From a virus (lineage: Duplodnaviria > Heunggongvirae > Uroviricota > Caudoviricetes), in IMG/VR virus record IMGVR_UViG_2713896779_000027: 4,011 nt of DNA; one strand, 5' to 3'. Under the pieces are notes generated by a model. It was not told the origin of the DNA and made no database searches. It saw nothing but the letters and a program-made list of their open reading frames with translations. Made by a program: the position numbers and the translations under genes. This document shows positions 1 through 4,011 of this stretch, piece by piece (within the stretch, counting starts at the first letter, position 1; every line of letters begins with the position of its first letter).

Positions 1-185
1 GGCTGTTCCTGCTGAACGTTGTTATCAGCCACACGCCAGGTGTATACGCTTTTATCAACGAAGCCAGCCTTTTTCAGTTCCCACAGCTCGTTCAGTACTT
101 CTTCACGACTGATATCAAGTCGCGCAGCCAGCTCTACCGACGTGGCTTTTCCCATCGCTTTCAGTGCGTCAAAAACAGTCTCCAT
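1..185 (-). CDS. hypothetical small protein, 5' portion only (stop lies beyond the left edge); possibly winged-helix, weakly Ren-like
   Basis: ATG at 185..183 with GGGAGG (197..192) 6 nt upstream. Hand translation of the minus strand is open for 61 codons to position 1: [61 protein letters not shown]. Lies directly 3' of the P-like gene. Absent from the ORF track because the stop is outside the window. Confidence 0.55.
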   Translation of the reverse strand, partial: METVFDALKAMGKATSVELAARLDISREEVLNELWELKKAGFVDKSVYTWRVADNNVQQEQ

Positions 186-218
186 AAATTTCCTCCCGGT
201 AAAAAATCACTTCTCAAC

Positions 219-884
219 TCAAACAAAACCAGCCGCTTTCCGGCGTTCATATTCCTGTTTCAGCAACTCAATTGGCGTTGGCCCCGACGGGCGTTTGGGG
301 GCCGCCAGTTGTCGCCGGACTGGCGGAACGCTCAGGCCGTTACTAACATGCTTTGCCCATTTCGTCAGTTGCCGTTCTGCAAGCCGTTTTAATTCCCCTT
401 CGGTCATCTGGCGCTCAATCCCCTTTGAACGCATCTCGAGGCAAATGTGATACAGCACAGGCTGAGACCACGGGTACTTATCACTTCCGTCGTATCGCCA
501 GGACTCATTGCGCCAGCGGCGGTACTCCTCCATCACAGCATCCACCGTCAGACCGAATGGATTGGCTCCGCTTTTCGAAATCAGTGCCACAAACTCAGCC
601 AGGTCCGGAGGCCATGTTTCACCCGCCCGGCAGCGGTCCATGCACTGGCGGCAGACCTGCCGGATTTGCTGCTCAGTCATCGCGCCAATCTGTGCAATCC
701 AGAGCTTCGAAGGTGCGGCCCCGTTCTTCTGGGTCCAGCGGTTCGAATAAACCACCCCCATGAGTTCCCACAGCTTCCAGGCCGTTTCCGTCGCTGATAA
801 ATCCGTTTTCACGTTCCCACTGCTCACGTGCTGCCCGAATTTCCTGAACTGCCCGTGATGCGGTGCCACCTGGTGCTGCTGCAT
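219..884 (-). CDS. lambda P-like replication protein (helicase loader)
   Basis: 221-aa ORF. The C-terminal ~150 aa (from MTEQQIRQV...PDLAEFVALISK... through ...KYPWSQPVLYHICLEMR...ELKRLAERQL... to the end) aligns by eye with lambda P as I remember it (...GQFVAWCREEA...SYPWKSNAHYWLVTNLY...ELRRKAADEL...). AAGGGG sits 5 nt upstream of the ATG at 884. The start is uncertain: from 884 the gene overlaps the upstream O-like ORF by 212 nt; alternative in-frame ATGs are at 761 and 680, the latter giving an ATGACTGA start/stop junction with the O-like stop. Confidence 0.8.
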   Translation of the reverse strand: MQQHQVAPHHGQFRKFGQHVSSGNVKTDLSATETAWKLWELMGVVYSNRWTQKNGAAPSKLWIAQIGAMTEQQIRQVCRQCMDRCRAGETWPPDLAEFVALISKSGANPFGLTVDAVMEEYRRWRNESWRYDGSDKYPWSQPVLYHICLEMRSKGIERQMTEGELKRLAERQLTKWAKHVSNGLSVPPVRRQLAAPKRPSGPTPIELLKQEYERRKAAGFV

Positions 885-1713
885 GGTTTACCCCTTTGCT
901 GACTGGTTTAACCTGCGCCCTGACGTGATTTACGTGACGGGCGAATTTCTGCTCCCACTGAATCTGCGTAAACACTTTCCCCTCCGCTGCCCAGTAGTCC
1001 CGGAAGGCGGCAAGTTCAGCAGGTGTAAATTCTGTCTCCGGCAAAGCCATCCCCCACAACGCAGCCCGTCGTCGAAAATCCCGTGACGGATACCAGCTAT
1101 CGCTCATCGGGAATTTTCCGATGGGTTCGCTCAGGCCATACAGGAATACAGGGGGGGCTGCCTGTAACGACAAAACTTCCTGCTCACTGGTCGGAGCACT
1201 CTCGCGTGCGTTATGTGTGGGGTTTAGATCTTTGGGTTCCTTTGGGTTCCGTGATCCGTTTTTGGGTGTCTTTGATGGAAAATTTGGGTGTCTTTGGTTA
1301 TTTTCCATGCAGCTAAGAGTTCTGTTTTTGGGTCTGTTTTGTGCTGAAACATAACCATTTTCGGTACTGTTTTTATTAACAGCACCAATTTTACCCACCT
1401 TTAAAGACTCCCGTTTTTGGGTGTATTCAGGCTCGGCAACACTTTCTTCTACACCGATAAGTCGGTACACCACAATTTGCTTTGTTCTGCCTTTTCTCTC
1501 ACCGGTATCAACAATTAACCCAATCTCCATCAGGTGTCGTAAGCTGTCCTGCACAGTCTTTTTGTTCAGTTCCGTTACTTCTGCCAGTGCAGATACAGAC
1601 GGGTATGCACACAAATCGGCACCGCACATATCAGCAAGCCAGGTCAATACTGACTTACTGGATGAACTGCCGGTTTTCACCTTTTTAGCCCATCGTAGTG
1701 CATCGATACTCAT
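673..1713 (-). CDS. phage replication initiation protein, O-like in function (N-terminal HTH domain, iteron-bearing linker, C-terminal domain)
   Basis: Long minus-strand ORF (track: 673..1788). N-terminal region (...SVLTWLADMCGADLCAYPSVSALAEVTELNKKTVQDSLRHLMEIGLIVD...) matches the winged-HTH pattern of phage replication initiators. A Pro/Lys-rich linker (TPKNGSRNPKEPKDLNP) is encoded by the repeat array. Lies between the cII-position gene and the P-like gene. Start placed at the internal ATG 1713..1711 (MSIDALRW...), which has AGGGG 7 nt upstream and overlaps the upstream gene by only 29 nt; the 1788 start would overlap it by 104 nt. Confidence 0.8.
   Translation of the reverse strand: MSIDALRWAKKVKTGSSSSKSVLTWLADMCGADLCAYPSVSALAEVTELNKKTVQDSLRHLMEIGLIVDTGERKGRTKQIVVYRLIGVEESVAEPEYTQKRESLKVGKIGAVNKNSTENGYVSAQNRPKNRTLSCMENNQRHPNFPSKTPKNGSRNPKEPKDLNPTHNARESAPTSEQEVLSLQAAPPVFLYGLSEPIGKFPMSDSWYPSRDFRRRAALWGMALPETEFTPAELAAFRDYWAAEGKVFTQIQWEQKFARHVNHVRAQVKPVSKGVNHAAAPGGTASRAVQEIRAAREQWERENGFISDGNGLEAVGTHGGGLFEPLDPEERGRTFEALDCTDWRDD
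1231..1428. repeat. iteron-like direct repeats inside the O-like gene (candidate prophage replication origin)
   Basis: Six copies of a TTTGGGT core, starting at 1231, 1241, 1261, 1283, 1327 and 1416. Includes a perfect 10-bp tandem TTTGGGTTCC x2 (1231-1250) and a perfect 14-bp direct repeat TTTGGGTGTCTTTG (1261-1274 and 1283-1296). Spacings of 10, 20, 22, 44 and 89 bp are close to multiples of the helical repeat. An AT-richer stretch lies between 1340 and 1410. Lambda ori is likewise an iteron array within the O coding sequence. Confidence 0.6.
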
Positions 1714-2236
1714 ACGAACCCCTGGCAGACATTTGTTTATCTGCAAAGTAATATTGGTATTGCTGACGATACGCGTGCTTGAAAGCAATAGCTTTTTCTA
1801 TAAGCTCGTCAGTCTCACGTTCCACAACAACTGGATCCGCAAAAAGCAGCCCGGACTCCACCACATCGCCATATTCTTTGTTTAACCCGGCGATCATGTA
1901 CGTAATGCTTTTTCCGTCAGTAATTTCACAATACAATCTGAAATCGCTGATCCGGATAGCCTCCATAATTGCCGGAATCTGCGCCGTGAATTTGTCACGC
2001 TTATCTCTGGTGTCGATAGCTTTCCAGCGTTCGAATATCTTCACCCGGTTAACGCCCAGCGCCCGTTGATCAACCTCGCCATCATTAAACGTGACGCGTT
2101 GAACATCGATGTTCGGGCGTTCTTTCAGAGCCCAGAATGCTTCCGTGATTAATATCGTCGCCTGCTCCTGTGTCATTCCTGGTCGGCATACCCAGGTATC
2201 CAGAGCCTCACAAACCTGTTCAGTGGTGATTTTCAT
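1685..2236 (-). CDS. hypothetical early-operon protein in the cII position (possibly YdaT-like CII analogue)
   Basis: 183-aa ORF immediately downstream of the Cro-like gene (17-nt overlap) and upstream of the O-like gene. Translation looks protein-like with no low-complexity runs. The only start support is a weak GGGG about 10 nt upstream of the ATG at 2236. Function is assigned from position only; the family call is a tentative recollection. Confidence 0.6.
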   Translation of the reverse strand: MKITTEQVCEALDTWVCRPGMTQEQATILITEAFWALKERPNIDVQRVTFNDGEVDQRALGVNRVKIFERWKAIDTRDKRDKFTAQIPAIMEAIRISDFRLYCEITDGKSITYMIAGLNKEYGDVVESGLLFADPVVVERETDELIEKAIAFKHAYRQQYQYYFADKQMSARGSYEYRCTTMG

Positions 2237-2447
2237 TGTTCAACCGCCCCGCCCGCTTTGCCTTACGATATTCGTCATAAACTTTGGGGTCGTACTGAAG
2301 TTCCCCGCCGGATGCCTCTTGCAGGCGCATCGCGCGACCTTCAGGAACCAGTTCCCCCCATGCAGCAACGCTTGCCAGCCTAACTCCTGCGACATTGGCA
2401 AGCTTTGTTTTGCTGCCAAAAAACGCTATAGCATCAATTTTCAACAT
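2220..2447 (-). CDS. Cro-like transcriptional regulator (P22-Cro/DicC type)
   Basis: 75-aa ORF divergent from the repressor gene. The motif ...IDAIAFFGSKTKLANVAGVRLASVAAWGELVPEGRAMRLQEASGGELQY... matches the P22 Cro pattern (...VIDHFG...AVAKALGIS..AVSQW.EVIPEKDAYRLEIVTAGALKY...). AAGGGG sits 7 nt upstream of the ATG at 2447. A TTGACT/TAGTTT promoter with interleaved operators lies upstream. Confidence 0.85.
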   Translation of the reverse strand: MLKIDAIAFFGSKTKLANVAGVRLASVAAWGELVPEGRAMRLQEASGGELQYDPKVYDEYRKAKRAGRLNNENHH

Positions 2448-2457
2448 ATCGAACCCC

Positions 2458-2522
2458 TTAGATTTTCCTAAGAAAACTAGATCGTAGAGAAACCTAAGTC
2501 AAGAAAAATTAGAATTACCTAA
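2458..2522. promoter_or_regulatory. OR-like operator region: three TTAG-N6-CTAA palindromic sites between divergent repressor and cro genes
   Basis: Site 1 at 2458-2471 is TTAGattttcCTAA, site 2 at 2484-2497 is GTAGagaaacCTAA (reverse complement TTAGgtttctCTAC), site 3 at 2509-2522 is TTAGaattacCTAA. Centre-to-centre spacing is 26 and 25 bp. The sites interleave with both promoters' -35/-10 elements, as OR1-3 do in lambda. Confidence 0.6.
2474..2502 (-). promoter_or_regulatory. PR-like sigma70 promoter for the cro-like operon
   Basis: On the minus strand, -35 TTGACT (2502..2497), a 17-nt spacer and -10 TAGTTT (2479..2474). Operator site 2 fills the spacer and site 1 lies just downstream of the -10. 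A candidate divergent PRM-like -10 TAGAAT (2510-2515, plus strand) sits inside site 3 and would give a leaderless or near-leaderless repressor mRNA (ATG at 2524). Confidence 0.5.
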
Positions 2523-2523
2523 T

Positions 2524-2931
2524 ATGAAAAACGAAACCTTCGGTGCTCGCCTCTTATACAGGCGAAAAAAATTAAAACTGTCTCAGGCCGCATTAGGTAA
2601 GCTGGTCAAAGTGGCTCACGTAACAATTTCTCAATGGGAAAGAGATGAAACACAGCCAGCGGGGAAGAGATTATTCGCACTGAGCCAGGCGCTTCAGTGC
2701 TCGCCGACTTGGCTTCTTTTTGGAGATGAAGATAAGCAACCAGGCGAACCGATCCCAGATAATCAGCCAGTCAATCTGACAGAAGATCAAAAAGAGTTGC
2801 TTCAACTGTTCGACGCACTGCCTGAGTCAGAGCAAAAGGCTCTGTTGTCAGAGATGCGTGCTCGAGTTGAGAATTTCAACAAACTTTTTGAAGAACTACT
2901 CAAAGCTCGCAAAAGAAGCGCAAATAAATAA
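2524..2931 (+). CDS. dicA: DicA-like HTH (XRE-family) prophage repressor, CI functional analogue without an S24 peptidase domain
   Basis: 135-aa ORF. N-terminal HTH (...LSQAALGKLVKVAHVTISQWERDETQP...) and a C-terminal segment (...LFALSQALQCSPTWLLFGDEDKQP...LPESEQ...EMRARVENFNKLFEELLKARKR...) closely resemble E. coli Qin DicA as I recall it (...LFALSKVLQCSPTWILFGDEDKQP...LPESEQ...EMRARVKNFNKLFEELLKARQR...). Divergent from the Cro-like gene and flanked by operator clusters. The symbol denotes a homologue, not necessarily the K-12 Qin locus. Confidence 0.9.
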   Translation: MKNETFGARLLYRRKKLKLSQAALGKLVKVAHVTISQWERDETQPAGKRLFALSQALQCSPTWLLFGDEDKQPGEPIPDNQPVNLTEDQKELLQLFDALPESEQKALLSEMRARVENFNKLFEELLKARKRSANK

Positions 2932-3006
2932 CCCCCCTTTTTTTCGCAACTCTCTGTAATAAAAAGCACAAACTTTCAAATACTTGTGTTTTTTACATCA
3001 AGAAGC

Positions 3007-3059
3007 TTAGGTTTTTCTACACAAAAAGCTTGACCATAACTCTTAGGTTATTCTAAATT
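3007..3059 (+). promoter_or_regulatory. OL-like operator pair with candidate PL-like promoter downstream of the repressor gene
   Basis: Site at 3007-3020 is TTAGgtttttCTAC; with its 5' C (3006-3020, CTTAGGTTTTTCTAC) it matches the reverse complement of OR site 2 at 14 of 15 positions. Site at 3043-3056 is TTAGgttattCTAA. Between them is TTGACC (3030-3035), with TAAATT (3054-3059) as a weak -10 at 18-nt spacing overlapping the second site. Orientation is inverted relative to the OR sites, as OL is to OR in lambda. Confidence 0.5.
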
Positions 3060-3138
3060 CTACTCATCAAGACACCGCACGGTGTTCTCAGCAAACAGTT
3101 CCGCTACCCGGCGTTAAGGGGAAGCAGAGGATTTCTCA

Positions 3139-3290
3139 GTGGGCGAAGTCAAACATCAGAATGGAAGGCGTCCAGGGATCAGCAAAGAAACAGCGATGGC
3201 GCTTTATATTGATATCAGCGCCATTGCCGGACAGGTAAGAGTTATCAGAGCGGTAACTAAGCGGTATGCGCCTTTACTTCAGAAAGTCTC
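3139..3290 (+). CDS. hypothetical protein, N-terminal fragment interrupted by assembly gap
   Basis: GTG at 3139 with GAGGA (3127-3131) 7 nt upstream. Frame is open for 50 codons up to the N-run (VGEVKHQNGRRPGISKETAMALYIDISAIAGQVRVIRAVTKRYAPLLQKV). Contains AGG/AGA codons, typical of phage accessory genes. First ORF downstream of the candidate PL-like promoter. No recognisable family, so it may not be a real gene. Confidence 0.35.
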
Positions 3291-3340
3291 NNNNNNNNNN
3301 NNNNNNNNNNNNNNNNNNNNNNNNNNNNNNNNNNNNNNNN
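3291..3340. other. run of 50 N: assembly gap or masked sequence
   Basis: Fifty consecutive n characters, directly visible. True length and content are unknown, and the two flanks may not be contiguous. Confidence 0.99.
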
Positions 3341-3432
3341 ACCAATTTCCTCTCGAGTAACAGACCCCTCAGAGGATACCACCTCGCCTGACGTGGTTAA
3401 AAAGCAGGCAACGCTAACCACAAGGAGCCGAC

Positions 3433-3651
3433 ATGCAGAAACGAGACCCCGTCATCATCGCGCCAGACTATACCGATGATGAACTTTATGAGTGGATGCA
3501 CCAGAAAATTAAGGCGGTGCAGGACCTGAAATGGGCCAATGAAGCCAGGGCTAAGCAGGCTGAAAATCTGTCCGCTCTGGAGCAGGATATCACCAATCTG
3601 GAAAAAGCAGCGGCATTAAGCATTGCCAGAATGATTACATACCTGAGGTAG
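3433..3651 (+). CDS. hypothetical 72-aa protein, probably 3'-truncated by the IS insertion
   Basis: ATG at 3433 with AAGGAG (3422-3427) 5 nt upstream. Translation MQKRDPVIIAPDYTDDELYEWMHQKIKAVQDLKWANEARAKQAENLSALEQDITNLEKAAALSIARMITYLR is helical/coiled-coil-like. The stop (3649-3651) falls within the first bases of the inferred IS left end. No family recognised. Confidence 0.6.
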   Translation: MQKRDPVIIAPDYTDDELYEWMHQKIKAVQDLKWANEARAKQAENLSALEQDITNLEKAAALSIARMITYLR

Positions 3652-4011
3652 CCTGAGTTTAACGGACACTCCTTCCTGAAATAGAATGGCATCAGAAGGA
3701 GCTAATAATGAGCAGAAAAACCCAACGTTACTCTAAAGAGTTCAAAGCCGAAGCTGTCAGAACGGTTCTTGAAAATCAACTTTCGATCAGTGAAGGCGCT
3801 TCCCGATTATCTCTTCCTGAAGGCACTTTAGGACAATGGGTTACCGCCGCCAGAAAAGGGCTCGGTACTCCTGGTTCCCGCACGGTGGCTGAACTGGAAT
3901 CTGAAATTCTGCAACTGCGTAAGGCGTTAAATGAAGCTCGCCTTGAGCGAGATATATTAAAAAAAGCAACAGCGTATTTTGCACAGGAGTCGCTGAAAAA
4001 TACGCGTTAAT
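3644..4011 (+). mobile_element. IS3-family insertion sequence, left end and orfA (element continues beyond the right edge)
   Basis: orfA-type transposase gene with the characteristic HTH N-terminus and leucine-zipper C-terminus, followed by an A7 run (3959-3965) typical of the IS3-family -1 frameshift site. The -1 frame stays open to the window end. Left terminus inferred at TGAGGTAGCC... (3644), with GGACAC at 3664-3669, by analogy with IS3-family inverted repeats that begin with TG. The boundary could instead be at the TGAG at 3654. Confidence 0.7.
3708..4010 (+). CDS. IS3-family transposase OrfA (IS600/IS911-like architecture)
   Basis: 100-aa ORF MSRKTQRYSKEFKAEAVRTVLENQLSISEGASRLSLPEGTLGQWV...LESEILQLRKALNEARLERDILKKATAYFAQESLKNTR. 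Same layout and C-terminal ...ILKKATA...SLN..R motif as IS911 OrfA from memory. AAGGAG (3695-3700) 7 nt upstream of the ATG. Slippery A-run just before the stop. Confidence 0.9.
   Translation: MSRKTQRYSKEFKAEAVRTVLENQLSISEGASRLSLPEGTLGQWVTAARKGLGTPGSRTVAELESEILQLRKALNEARLERDILKKATAYFAQESLKNTR

Noticed and set aside
1231-1428. CRISPR array
   Set aside because: The repeats are 7-14 bp, irregularly spaced and inside a coding sequence, with no 28-37 bp repeat-spacer periodicity. They are better explained as replication iterons.
2220-2236. Cro-like plus cII-position pair as a YdaS/YdaT-type toxin-antitoxin module
   Set aside because: Gene order and operator context favour Cro/CII-like regulators. 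I have no sequence evidence of a toxin fold.
19-2471. Plus-strand track ORFs 19..450, 353..763, 447..797, 508..750, 883..1086, 1083..1316, 1121..1354, 1421..1885, 1482..1688, 1779..2069 and 2109..2471
   Set aside because: All lie antisense to the minus-strand genes with recognisable homology (P-like, O-like, cII-position, Cro-like). Their translations are Ser/Arg/Cys-rich and low-complexity, and they lack convincing ribosome-binding sites. They are shadow ORFs.
2524-2931. Repressor as a lambda CI-type protein with an RecA-cleavable S24 domain
   Set aside because: The C-terminal half is short and helical (DicA-like), with no Ala-Gly cleavage site or Ser/Lys dyad region. Induction, if any, is unlikely to go through autocleavage.
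2932-2947. C6T7 homopolymer pair after the repressor stop as a terminator or slippage site
   Set aside because: There is no upstream stem to form a terminator hairpin, and it lies outside any coding frame, so it has no evident function.
3139-3360. 73-aa track ORF as a complete protein
   Set aside because: It is translated straight through the 50-N run, so the C-terminus and stop are artefacts. Only the 3139..3290 fragment is retained, at low confidence.
3486-3692. Minus-strand 68-aa ORF
   Set aside because: Antisense to the 72-aa plus-strand ORF and running into the IS left end; hydrophobic, low-complexity translation with no ribosome-binding site.

Overview
This window reads as the immunity and early-replication region of a lambdoid prophage from an enterobacterium (E. 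coli/Shigella-like), with an IS3-family insertion sequence at the right end. On the minus strand, right to left: a Cro-like gene (DicC/P22-Cro type), a 183-aa protein in the cII position (possibly YdaT-like), an O-like replication initiator with an internal iteron array, a P-like helicase loader, and the start of a small gene running off the left edge. On the plus strand: a DicA-like repressor divergent from cro, flanked on both sides by TTAG-N6-CTAA operator-like palindromes (three between repressor and cro, two downstream of the repressor), then a PL-like promoter, an unidentified ORF cut by a 50-N gap, a 72-aa unknown ORF, and IS3-family orfA. No rRNA, tRNA or CRISPR seen. I found no recognisable defence or toxin system. 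The best candidate for undescribed content is the unknown repressor-proximal cargo at 3139-3651, the position where lambda carries rexAB, but it is partly hidden by the gap and clipped by the IS. All homology statements are from reading the translations and from memory of lambda P, DicA and P22 Cro; no searches were run.
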